Below are positions 46,628 through 57,012 of a stretch of 64,000 nt of DNA, piece by piece. Source of the DNA: an uncultured Planctomycetaceae bacterium (GTDB lineage Bacteria; Planctomycetota; Planctomycetia; Isosphaerales; Isosphaeraceae); assembly GCA_963833985.1 (NCBI GenBank), contig CAWIAD010000002.1:3392001-3456000 (forward strand). The letters run 5' to 3'. Under the pieces are notes generated by a model that was not told the DNA's origin, ran no database searches, and saw nothing but the letters and a program-made list of their open reading frames with translations. The position numbers and the translations under genes are program-made. The number at the start of each line of letters is the position of its first letter. Positions within the stretch are counted from its first letter, which is position 1.

Positions 46628-47954
46628 TCAGAGCAGTTCGCGGGGTGGCTGGCCGTTATCGACGATGCGGATCGGCCGGCCGTCGGGTGCCTCGAACTTG
46701 CGCTCGGGGTCAATGCCAAGCTTCAGGTAAATCACGGCCGCCAGGTCCGCCGGCGTCACGGGGCGGTCGGCGGGCAGGTCGCCGCGGGCGTCCGTCTTGC
46801 CCAGCACCAGGCCGCCGGGAATGCCCGCACCGGCAAGCAGCACGCTGTTGGCCCGGCCGTGATGGTCGCGGCCGGCATTGGCGTTGATCTTGGGGGTGCG
46901 CCCGAATTCGCCCATCATCACCAGCAGGGTGTCTTGCAGCAGCCTGCGCTCCGAGAGGTCCTCGAGCAGGGCGGAGAGGCCCTGATCGAGGGGCGGCGCC
47001 AGGGTGTTCTTGATTGTCGGGAAGTTCTGCGCGTGCGTATCCCAGCCCAGCGGGCCGGTACCGCGGTCGTTCAGCGTGACGAACGAAACGCCGGCTTCCA
47101 CGAGCCTGCGCCAGCAGGCAAGACTGGCCGAACGTGGTGCGGCCGTATTTCTCGCGGACCGCGGGCGATTCATCGTCGATCCGGAACGCGGCCTGGGTGG
47201 CGCTCGAGGTCATCAGCGAATAGGCCCGTTCGGCGAACTGGTCCCGGCTGGTGGTCAGTGGCGTGGCCGGCACATCGCGGGCAAACTCGTCCAGCGACTT
47301 GACCATGGCCTTGCGCCGCAGCAGCCGCTCGAGGGTCAGCCGGTCGGGCGGAGTGAGGTCGCGCACCCGGAAATTCGCCTGGTTGGGATCTCCGGCAACC
47401 GCAAAGGGGTCGTACGCGGGAGTCAGGTAACCGCTGGAAGAGAAGGCCGGCCCGTCCGGAATGGCCACATACGGGGGCAGCATCCCGTTCCTCGATTGCC
47501 GCAGCTTCGAGACGACGCTGCCGTAGCTGGGATACTCCAGCGCCGGCGAGGGGCGATAGCCGGTCATCAAATGGTGTGAGGCGCGGCCGTGGTCGGCCTC
47601 GGGTGAGGTCATGCTGCGGACCAGCGTCACCCGGTGCATCGATCTGGCAAGCCGGGGGAAGACCTCGCTGACCTGCAAACCCGGAACGCTTGTGGCGATC
47701 GGTTTGAACTCACCGCGGACGTCCGGCGGCGCATCGGGCTTGGGGTCGAAGGTATCCAGATGCGACGGCCCGCCGGCCAGCCAGATCAGGATGCAGTTCC
47801 GCACCGGCGAAGCGCGGCGCGTCACGTCGCCGGCCATGGCGCGAAGCCGGAAGAGATCGTCCAGCCCCAGGCCCAGGAAGCCGAGGACTCCGGCTTTCAG
47901 CACGTCGCGCCGGATCGGACCGGTGCAGGCCACGGACTTGCGCGAGGTCGGCAT
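46628..47954 (-). CDS. DUF1501 protein, frameshift at ~47112
   Basis: RRDVLKAG, GGPSHLDTFDPKP, YGRTTFGQSCLLA-RRLVEAGV, WDTH, GEFGRTP, GRDH. Confidence 0.93.
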
Positions 47955-47999
47955 GAGATCAGCTCCTGGATTCGGGCTGGATGAGAGACGAATTCCCGG

Positions 48000-50568
48000 T
48001 CAGTGGTTGAAAGCGAACTCACGTGAATTGAGCAGGGCCCAGAACAGGTCCTCGGCGGCTTCACGCAACGAGGACGCCTGCTTCAGCTCGGCCGACCAGC
48101 GCGACAGCTCCTCGGCGCTGGGCGGTCGGCAGACGGTACGCAGGTAGAGGTTCTCGATCAGTTCTTCAGGCGTCAGCTCGAGTGCCAGAGCGCTGGCGAG
48201 GTATCCGCTGAGGTGAGTCACCTTGGCCTCGATCGTGTCGCCGCCGATCACCAGCAGCGCCTGCTTGAGACTCAAAGGGGGCGTCTGGACCGCGCGCAGG
48301 TCGCCGTGCGCGGGCAACGGCCGAAGGTGTCCAGGATGGTGCTGGCCACACCAGGGTCACTGATGCGGATTGCCAGACGGGTCCCCAGCGGACCGAACGT
48401 GTTGGGCACGTCCGTCGCCTGCGCGAGGGCGTCGGCCATCTGGTGGGCCGTCAAGGGACGCGGGGTCTGGTGCGAGAAGAGCCTTTGATCGTGCTCGTTG
48501 CCGGCGATGGCGGCGCTGGAGGCCCCATACGACTGCGAGATGGCGATCGTGCGGATCAGGTCGCGAAGGTTGTACCTGTGCGCCACGAAGTGGCCGGCGA
48601 GGGCGTCCAGCAGCTCGGGATGAACCGGCGGGTTTGACCGGCTCAGATCGTCGGGCGGGTCCACCAGGCCCTTGCCGAAGAGCTGCGCCCAGACCCAGTT
48701 CACGGCGGCACGGGCAAAGTAGGGATTCTCGGGCGACGTCATCCAGCGCGCCAGCGGCACGCGCGGATCGTCGCTGGCTGCCAGGGTCACCGCGCTGCCG
48801 CCGGGCAGCCGGGGCTGGGCCGGGCGCTTGGTCCGCAGATGCAGCACCTTCCCGTTCGGGTTCACCGACAGCACGGGACGGTTCATCGTCATCCCCGCGC
48901 CGCCCATGCCGCCACGCTGAACCTTGGCAAAGAACGCGGCCAGGCCGAAATAATCGTCCTGCGTCCAGACGTCGAAGGGGTGATCGTGGCACTGGGCGCA
49001 GCGCATCCTCAGGCCCAGGAACCGCTGGGCGGTCTGCTCGGCCGCCACCGTGGCCTCGAGCGTGTCGAAGGCGTAATTCACAGGGCCGCCGGTATCCGGG
49101 TCATTGGGGTCGCCGAGCGCCGTGAGCATCTTTCGGACCATCACGTCCCAGGGCGTGTTCTCGGTCAGGCAGCGGTCGATCCACTCCTGGTAGCGATAGG
49201 CCCCGTTCCCCTGCCGCGCCTGGCTGATCTGGAGCAGGTCGCCCAGCTTGATGCGCCAGAACCAGACGAACTCGGGGCGCGCCAGCAGGCGATCCACCAG
49301 CGCGGCCCGCTTGTCCTGGTCCTTGTCGGCCAGGAACCGCCGAATCTGCTCGGGAGTGGGTTGCTCACCGGTCAGGTCGAGCGTGATGCGCCGCAGGAAG
49401 GTGGCGTCGCCGGCGGGCGGGCTGGGAGGGACCGCGAGCGCTTGTAGACGCTTGTAGAGTTTGTCGTCGATGAGGTTCTTGCGGGGCAACCGGCCGAAAT
49501 CGAATTTCAGATCGGGGTTGATCACGGTCGCCAGGCGGGCCGTCTCGACGTGCGCGCCGTAACGGACGATCACGTCGGCCTCGGCGCGCTTCAGCAACTG
49601 GCTTCGGCCGGCCGGGCTGATCGCCAGCGCGGCGTCATCGTTCACCTTGAAGATGGCCAGCCGGGTGACGTCGCGGTCGTGGCCGTCGGCGTGATGGGCC
49701 ACCACCCGCAACTGCTGGAAGCCCGGCTCAGGCAGGCGGATGCCCGCCGGCTCGACGCGGACCGAGACCACGTCGCCATGCGATTTGCCGCGCTGCCGAG
49801 GAGCCCCGGCACGGACCCAGTCGAGCAGCAGACGGTACTCGGGAGCACTCGCCGCCACCCGTGGTCCGCCGGCGTGCGGCGTGCGGCCGGCAGCCTTGGC
49901 CAGGAACAGGCTCTCCTCAGGAGCGACGAGCGAAACCCTGCGCTGCCCGGCATCTCGCACCAGGCTCTGGTAGTCGCCGTCCGGATCGTAGCCGAAGAGC
50001 GACAGGTGAAAGCCGTTCTGGCCGTCGGCCCGGCCGTGACAGCTACCGGTATTGCATCCCAGTCGGGTGAGAACCGGTACGATATCGTGCGCAACTCCCA
50101 GTCGCGTCGATCACGCGGCTCGACGCGGACCGATGCCGTGACCTCCTGCCCCTCGAACTCGGCCCGGACCGTGGCCTTTCCCCCGGCCCTGGGACGAAGA
50201 TAGCCCCCAGCTTCGACGTCCGCCACGCCGGGCGGCTGCACGCGCCAGCGCGCTCTCCCCGTCAGGTCCCGCACCGTCCCATCGGCCGAATGCTGGAGAA
50301 CGAGCAGTTGCACGCCGGGGTCGTCGGCCGTTATCGTAGCGGACTCGGGTTGGATCGCAAGCACCCGGGACGTTGCCGCGGCTGGAGGAACGGGAGCAGG
50401 CCGCAAACTCGCCACGCCCGGTTTTGGGGGGCCGTCGACCACAGCCGAGATCGCCGAAGCAGGGTGCAAGGCGTTCCCCGGCGCCGGGGTCGATCGCACG
50501 CCGCAGCCTGCAACCACCAGGCAACCCAGCAGCGCGTACGCTTCGCCGATGTACAGACGACGGGGCAT
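48000..50568 (-). CDS. DUF1549/DUF1553 (PSCyt2/PSD1) protein with Ig-like domain, two frameshifts (~50092, ~48295)
   Basis: GCNTGSCHG, FLRRITLDLTG, CAQCHDHPFD, NPYFARA.VN, HPELLDAL, EDLFWALLNSREFAFNH. Confidence 0.92.
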
Positions 50569-50767
50569 CGAGAAGTCTCCTCCCGCCGAGAACCGGTACA
50601 GACGGGGCTCACGACAAACGTCGGATATGGAAGTATCGTAATCGCACGCCACGGGAAACTCAAGGACAATCATCAATCCGGCGCGACGGCCGCGAGAGCC
50701 ATCCTGGGACGGACCACGATGGGACACTTTTCGAGATCGTTGCCCGGCACACAGGAGCGAATGGGAT

Positions 50768-50890
50768 ATGGGCAAGGGTGACAAGCGATCCAAGCGGGGC
50801 AAGCTGTTCAAAGGCACCTTCGGCAAGCGCCGGCTCCGGCCCGAAAAGGCGGCCAAGCATGCGAAGGCCGCGGCCGCAGGCGGTTCGTGA
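50768..50890 (+). CDS. 30S ribosomal protein THX (bTHX/PSRP4 family), 40 aa
   Basis: Manual translation MGKGDKRSKRGKLFKGTFGKRRLRPEKAAKHAKAAAAGGS* closely follows the Thermus THX pattern [23 protein letters not shown]; AGGAG upstream; below the ORF-track length cutoff. Confidence 0.88.
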   Translation: MGKGDKRSKRGKLFKGTFGKRRLRPEKAAKHAKAAAAGGS

Positions 50891-51130
50891 ACGCCGGGTG
50901 CTGCGTCCCGGGACCGGACACTGCCGGCTCCGAGTCGTCTGGCCGGTTCTGGGCTGCCGCATTACAATTCAGCCTGGTCTAGAATGGAGCGGGGAGTCCG
51001 CCGGTGTTGGCTGACACCAGCGACTCGGTTTCTGTGCAATGCTGTGGGACCGGACGCGATCGCGCCGGAGACCGCGGAGAGGGCTTTGCGGCTGCCATGC
51101 CGCACGCGGAGAGAGAAGGAGACTCGAACC

Positions 51131-51358
51131 ATGGCCAGGCTCCGGCTGCTGAAAACGGGACACGGCGACCTGACGCTCGCCGAGTGGGACAAGGACCATC
51201 CGGAAACCGTCGCCTCCGCGAGCGCGCAGTTCACGGAGCACTTCACCGCTGGCCGGATGGCATTCCGGCTGGACGGTCCGGGGCAGACCCGCCCGATCCG
51301 CCAGTTCGACGCCACGGCCCCGGAAATCCTCATCGTTCCGGCCATCCAGGGCGGTTGA
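51131..51358 (+). CDS. small protein with C-terminal Gly-Gly, putative ubiquitin-like (beta-grasp), 75 aa
   Basis: GAAGGAGA RBS and ATG at 51131; ends EILIVPAIQGG-stop. The fold is inferred, not computed. Confidence 0.75.
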   Translation: MARLRLLKTGHGDLTLAEWDKDHPETVASASAQFTEHFTAGRMAFRLDGPGQTRPIRQFDATAPEILIVPAIQGG

Positions 51359-51438
51359 CCGGAGCTCAGGGCCATGTCTCCCGGTCGCGAGACGACTGGC
51401 GAGGCTGCGCTTCGCGTGTCCATTCGAGCGGTCCGAAC

Positions 51439-52299
51439 ATGATCCGCACCGGATACCTGCGCTGGGAGATCGAGGTCGACGACGTGCGCAGCGCCGTGGA
51501 CTTCCAGGCGCGCGAGGTCGTCTTTCTTGCCCGGCCAACGCATCGCCGCGTACGTATCAAGCGCACCGGTCATGTCGATGCGGCAGAGCAGTTCGCCCGT
51601 GGCGACGCAGCTTATGATGCGGTTTTGCGGACCCTCCAGCGCGAGGGCGGCGAGGTCGAGCTGACAATTCCCGACGTCGGTCCGCAGCACTTCCGCTATT
51701 CCGAGGCCGACCGGGCGCGGATGGTTCGCTACTGGATGGAAAAGCTCCAGCGCGAGGCCAGCGGCTTTGCCCACGAAGTGGTGCGCGTGGCCTCCTCATT
51801 CCCGCAGCTCGTGATCACCAGCCCCGCGCTGCGAGCGGGCTATGCCCGCCTGGTGGAGGCCGAGATCTTCCGGGTCATCGAAGGCAAGAGCACGCCTCAA
51901 CCCACGTCGGAGCAGCCATTCACGCTGGACGAGTCGGCCTACCAGCAGGGGGTCCCCGAGCTGGTGGCCGCGGAGCTGGTGCGCAACGTGGTCGAGCCCA
52001 AGGAGTTTCACGAGTTCTGCCAGTTCGACTGCGTGACGGTGAAGAACGGCGGCCACTATTACCGCATCCCGCGCCGGCCGCACAGCCTGATCGAGGTCTG
52101 GGAGGCCGCGACCCGGCGCCCGCACGCCCGGCTCTGCGTGGTCTTCGAGGATGCGGGCATGCCCCCCTCCGACGAGGTGGTCATGAAGTACCTGCTGGCC
52201 AAGCACCAGCCCGAGCTGCTCTGGCAGATCGGCGTGCGCTTCAGCCCCCCCACCGGCAAGTTCGAGGTCACCCCACCGAGGCGCTGGACGGTGGACTGA
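51439..52299 (+). CDS. hypothetical protein, partner of the GG-terminated protein
   Basis: Long high-GC3 ORF directly downstream, with C-terminal YYRIP...RLCVVFED..MPPSDEVVMKYLL. The true start may be the RBS-bearing ATG at 51374 if a frameshift is present. Confidence 0.75.
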   Translation: MIRTGYLRWEIEVDDVRSAVDFQAREVVFLARPTHRRVRIKRTGHVDAAEQFARGDAAYDAVLRTLQREGGEVELTIPDVGPQHFRYSEADRARMVRYWMEKLQREASGFAHEVVRVASSFPQLVITSPALRAGYARLVEAEIFRVIEGKSTPQPTSEQPFTLDESAYQQGVPELVAAELVRNVVEPKEFHEFCQFDCVTVKNGGHYYRIPRRPHSLIEVWEAATRRPHARLCVVFEDAGMPPSDEVVMKYLLAKHQPELLWQIGVRFSPPTGKFEVTPPRRWTVD

Positions 52300-52462
52300 A
52301 GAAGGCGTCATGAGCAAGCTGCTTCCGTTCGACACAACCGAGCCGGGACTCGGGCGTGGCTGGAAGCGTGCTGGGCAAGACGACACTGGTGCCGTCAGCG
52401 CCGATTCGAAGATGACCGGGGCATCCTCCGCGTGCGATGAGGGCTCGCGGCGCGACAAGAGC

Positions 52463-54841
52463 TCAGCTCTTCGGGGCTTTGATGGTGGGCAGACTGATCA
52501 CCTTGATGGTGTCAGAACCCTCGGTGATCTCGATCATCTGGTCGGCCTTGATGTCGTGCAAGGTCTGTGTGGTCTTGCTGGTGGGCCAGGAAACGATGAG
52601 CTGGCTGACCGTTGCGGAGTCCACCAGTCCCACGTGCTCCACCAGGCTATTGCCGCCGAAGCTCGAGTTGTTGCCGATGGTGCGGTGAACTGAAACGGTC
52701 GAACCGTCGGCGGTCTTGCGATCCACGCGAATGCTGGCACCCAGCGCGGCGCGGTTGGTCGTGGTGCCGACGAGCTTCACCTTCAGCCAGTGGCGATGAT
52801 GGCCGGGGTTCTTGAAGAGCGCGTTGTATCCCTGGTCGCCCGGCGTTGCGCCGCCGAGCTCGACGAAGAGGTCGAGATCACCATCGCAATCAAAGTCGGC
52901 AAACGACACTCCGTGGCCTTTTTGCAGGTGTCCGGTTCCGGAGCTGGTCGTGACGTCGGCGAACTGCATCCCGTCGACATTCTTGAAGAGCAGGTTGATA
53001 TCGAGACCCTCGTACGACATATCGCCGGTTCCCAGGTAGAGGTCCAGGAAGCCGTCGTTATCGATATCACCGAAATTCACGCCCATCGGGGCCATGGCGC
53101 GGTCGAGGCCGACGCTCCGGGTCACCTCCTCGAACTGGCCGGATCCCAGGCCGCGGTAGAGCCGGGGCCTGCTGGACCCCTCCAGATGCGCTCCCATGGC
53201 GGTTCCCAGCACCTCGGCAACCTTGGCGCGGTAGTCGTTCACGTAGAGGTCGAGGTTGCCGTCGTTGTCAAAGTCCCAGAACCAGCAGGCAAAGCTGAAG
53301 GCCGAGCCAGTCACTCCCAGTTGCGGAGCGACATCCACGAACTTGCCGCCTCCCTCATTGTGAAAGAGCCGGCATTCCTGACCCATATTGGAGACGAACA
53401 GATCGAGCCGGCCGTCCTTATCATAGTCGCCCCAGGCCGAACCCTTGGCGCACCGGCCGTTCGTCACGCCGGCCTGCTCGGCCACGTTGCGGAACTTGCC
53501 GTTCCCCTCGTTATGGTAGAGCCGGCAGAAGTTGCGCCGGTCGTGGGGGGCCTTCGCCGCTTCGGCTTCGCTGGCGCCGGGCGAGAGGTACTCGCCGCAC
53601 ATGAACACGTCGACCAGGCCGTCGTCGTCGTAGTCTCCCCAGGCCGCCGATTCGCCGGCGATCGGTTCGACGAGGCCGGCGGCGATGGTCACGTCCTCGA
53701 ACTCGCCGTTGCCCAGGTTCCGCAGCAGCGAGGGCCGCAAGGGGTTCTCCCAGCCGCCCCGCAGCAGCAGGACGTCCAGGCTGCCGTCATTGTCGAAGTC
53801 CGCGCGCGTGAGATTGAGGGCGTATACCTGCTCTCCCAGCCGGGCCGACGCGGATCGGTCGTCAAACGTGCCGTCGCCACGGTTGATGAACAGCGATGCG
53901 CCCAGGTCGGCGTCCAGCGACGTGGTCAGCAGGTCGGGGAGGTGGTCGCCGTTGAAGTCGTCGAAGATGCTGCCGCCGGCGAGGTTCGGGCCCCGGGTGG
54001 TCAAGCCGGACTGCGTGGCGACGTTCTCGAACCGGCCGACATCCTGCCTGGACTGGAAAAACTCGGTCTTCAGCAGGTACCGGGGCGGTACCTTGTCGGG
54101 ATACTCCCCCAGCGTCATGTAGGCAATGTTCAGCAGCCAGATGACCCGCAGGTCCCGGGGAGAGCCATCCAGATAGCGGGTGAACCACTCGACCGCCTCG
54201 CGTGATCCGGTCTGGTTGCGATGCATGGCCTGGGAGGAAATCGGAAAGATGCAGCTCGACGGGCCAACGCACTCCAGGCAGTTCTCCACCTCGCCCTGAC
54301 GCAGCGAGATGATTCCCATCAGTGCCTGGAGCCGGCTTCGGACCGCCGCCGGGAACCCCGGGCCCTGCGCGGTCGCCAGCGACTTCTCGAGCCAGCTCTT
54401 CGCCTCTCGAAATCTTCCTTCGTACATGAACAGAAAACCCAGCGATTGCTCGAGCGATGCCTTGGCAATGAGCTGCTGCTGCGTCGGGGGAGTGTCAAAT
54501 TGCAGCGACTCGTAAAGCCCGTGGACCTGTGTGATGCCGCGCCGGGCCCGGCCTCGAACGGACTCGCGCAGTTCCTGGAGCGACCGAGTGTCGCGGATCG
54601 GGGCAGCGAAGCTCATCGCCGTCTTGTAGCCGCCGTCCTCGAAGCGGTCCTCGTTGAGATCGTAGACAAGCGGCTGGCTCGGGTCCGCGGCCGTCTTGCG
54701 GGAGACCGAGGCGTCCGTGCTGCCAGGAGCACCGGAGCGCCAGCCGGCCAGGAGGGCAGGCTTCTTGAACCAGACGGCCCCGGCCACAGCCAACCCTGCG
54801 CAGCCCAGCACAACGAGCAACAGCCGCATGGCAGAACGCAT
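52463..54841 (-). CDS. CRTAC1-family FG-GAP repeat / ASPIC-UnbV protein
   Basis: Many D[F/Y]DNDGxxD repeats, GHLQKGHG, C-terminal WLKVKLVG..TNRAALGA...SSFGGNSL. Confidence 0.93.
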   Translation of the reverse strand: MRSAMRLLLVVLGCAGLAVAGAVWFKKPALLAGWRSGAPGSTDASVSRKTAADPSQPLVYDLNEDRFEDGGYKTAMSFAAPIRDTRSLQELRESVRGRARRGITQVHGLYESLQFDTPPTQQQLIAKASLEQSLGFLFMYEGRFREAKSWLEKSLATAQGPGFPAAVRSRLQALMGIISLRQGEVENCLECVGPSSCIFPISSQAMHRNQTGSREAVEWFTRYLDGSPRDLRVIWLLNIAYMTLGEYPDKVPPRYLLKTEFFQSRQDVGRFENVATQSGLTTRGPNLAGGSIFDDFNGDHLPDLLTTSLDADLGASLFINRGDGTFDDRSASARLGEQVYALNLTRADFDNDGSLDVLLLRGGWENPLRPSLLRNLGNGEFEDVTIAAGLVEPIAGESAAWGDYDDDGLVDVFMCGEYLSPGASEAEAAKAPHDRRNFCRLYHNEGNGKFRNVAEQAGVTNGRCAKGSAWGDYDKDGRLDLFVSNMGQECRLFHNEGGGKFVDVAPQLGVTGSAFSFACWFWDFDNDGNLDLYVNDYRAKVAEVLGTAMGAHLEGSSRPRLYRGLGSGQFEEVTRSVGLDRAMAPMGVNFGDIDNDGFLDLYLGTGDMSYEGLDINLLFKNVDGMQFADVTTSSGTGHLQKGHGVSFADFDCDGDLDLFVELGGATPGDQGYNALFKNPGHHRHWLKVKLVGTTTNRAALGASIRVDRKTADGSTVSVHRTIGNNSSFGGNSLVEHVGLVDSATVSQLIVSWPTSKTTQTLHDIKADQMIEITEGSDTIKVISLPTIKAPKS

Positions 54842-55188
54842 CGAACTCCCCCAATGAATCGGTCATCCGCTGGCAATGCACCGAAGTGTCACGAAGCAAA
54901 ACCCGTGGAGTAATCAGGCGCTGGGAGGGAGACGCCTTGTCTCTCCGAATCTGGCTTCTGGTACAAAGCCTCCACGTGCATGTGAGCAACGCGCGCACCT
55001 TCCACGCGAACGGGGGTGATTGACCTCCGCCCCGGTTCGACCTGTGGTGTCCCAATGTATTCGGTGTCAATTCGCAGGAAATCGGCCCAGGTTTCTTGGC
55101 CGGCTCCGGGATTTCTTGCGAACTTCATGCTGGGGGCGATCTCGCGGCCGGCATACGCCGGGCGCAAGGCTGCGCCGCTTCCCCGGCA

Positions 55189-56837
55189 TCATTCAGGCCT
55201 TCTGCGCGCTTCGATGAAGCGGACGACGTCGAAGTTGTCGCGCAGGATGTTCTGCCACTCCTCGTCGTACAGGTTCGCGTTCTGATCGTCGGAGGGGAGG
55301 GTGGGAAGCCAGAGTTCCGGCGCGATGGAATCCAGCTGCGCCAGCGCGCTCGCGTAGCGCTCGGGGTCGCCGGGTGCATGCGTCAGGTCATAGATCAGGC
55401 GCTCGCCAACGGGCTGGTTCACCTTCACCGGGATGATCCCGGAGCAGAGCACGCGCTTCCCGGAGAGTTCGAACTGGTAGGCGATCGGGTGGTTTCCCCG
55501 GCCGTCCAGCATGTGGGTCGCCACGACGACCCACCCCTTGGCGGCCAGCAGGTTCGCCGCGATGAACCGGGTCTGGGGCGGACAGGCCTTCGTCAGATCC
55601 GCGATTCCCTCGGCAGGAGCCACCACCTCGACATGATATTTCTCGATCAGCTCGCCCAGGCCGGCCGTCTTCAGAGCATCGCACGAGGTCAGGATCACCG
55701 CGGTCGGCGGCCTTGGCTGTACGCCCAGCGCGGAGCCGCTCGTTCACGAAGTCCACCAGACCCGGTCCGCCGGGCGCGTCGATCAGAAGCAGCCGGGCCG
55801 CGCTCACGAGGCCGTACACCGCCGCCCCGTGAAATGTCCCCAGGTAGTAGAGATCCGGGAGCAGACGCTTGGGGTTCCCGTCCAGGAAGTCCGCACCGTC
55901 GGCCTCGTAGCGGGCCAGCAGGGTTTCCATGTCGTGAATCCCCCGATCCAGCAGGGCCTCCCACCGCGTCTGCGTCAGGCAGGGGCTTTCCGGAGACACG
56001 TCCGCGCGGATGTCCGGGAAGGACAAGGTCGGGAACGGGCATGGACCGGAGCAGCCGGAGCGAGTTCAGGAAGTTGCGGGCATCGCCCCGGTAGCGCGGG
56101 GCCAGGTAGGCCGAATAGGTGCCCAGCGGCTTGCCCAGCTCGTTGCGCGGCTTCGCGTCGCCGCGCAGCATGAGGATGACATCGCCCGCGAAGAGGATGC
56201 GCAGTCCCGCCTGCTCGACCTGGTAGCAGATGCTTCCCGGCGTGTGGCCCGGCGTACCGATGGCGCGCACCACGGTCTTGCCGAACGGAAGCGTCTCTCC
56301 GCCCCGCAGCGCGACGTCCACGGTCGTCGCGTGCAGTTCCTGGTTGGGCATGTGAAACGTGCTGAAGAAAGCCTCGCGCGGTTCGCCCGCGCGGAGCACG
56401 TCGAGGTCGCCCGCTCCGGCGTAGACCTTCGCCCCGGTCTGCTCCCTGAGCGCCTGGGCGCCGCCGGTGTGGTCTCCGTGCGCGTGCGTCAGGAAGATGG
56501 CGACGATTGCCTTCCAGTCAAGCCGGAGGCTGGCCATCTGGGCCTTCAGCGAGGCGGCGTCGGCGTCCAGTCCGGAGTCGAAGAGCACGAGGCCCGCCGA
56601 CGTCTCCACGACGTATGCCGCCGACGGCGAGAGGCCTCCCAGCAGGTACACCCCCGGAACGACGGAGATGGGCCGGTGCACCAGCCGGGGCACGCGGTCC
56701 GGCGCGTAGCGAAACGCCGTCGCCGCGCGGTACTGGCGAATTCCCTCGACCAGGCCGGCTCCCACCAGCAGAAGAACGAGCGCGGCAATGAGTGCGCGTT
56801 TCAACACGGGGCGTTTCATCGTGCCGGGCATGGCCAC
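55189..56837 (-). CDS. MBL-fold metallo-hydrolase with a second degenerate MBL domain, two frameshifts (~56005, ~55725)
   Basis: LTHAHGDHTGG, TPGHTPGS, LFAGD, LPGH; the second domain lacks HxHxDH (reads ILTSCD). Confidence 0.85.
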
Positions 56838-57012
56838 TTTTCCGATCCTGCTTGCAGGAAGCCGCTGAGCGCCGGCCTCCGCGCGTTGGAGCCCGTTCTA
56901 TCCTGGAGCCCGATCTGGTACCTTACTGGCCGGACCGGCCGGCCGGCCAGTGCGAATCGATCGCGGTGCACCGGGACTTGCCCGACCGCCGTCGTTCACC
57001 CGGGAAAACGTC

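Noticed and set aside
51131..51358. Ordinary ThiS/MoaD sulfur carrier, or Pup/UBact
   Set aside because: No thi, moa, cys or proteasome/PafA genes are nearby; the body lacks obvious ThiS/MoaD similarity beyond the tail; Pup and UBact are disordered and end in GE/GQ-type tails. A trans-acting E1 elsewhere in the genome cannot be excluded.
52310..52693. Third gene of the GG module
   Set aside because: Overlaps the CRTAC1 gene antisense by ~230 nt and has no recognisable motif.
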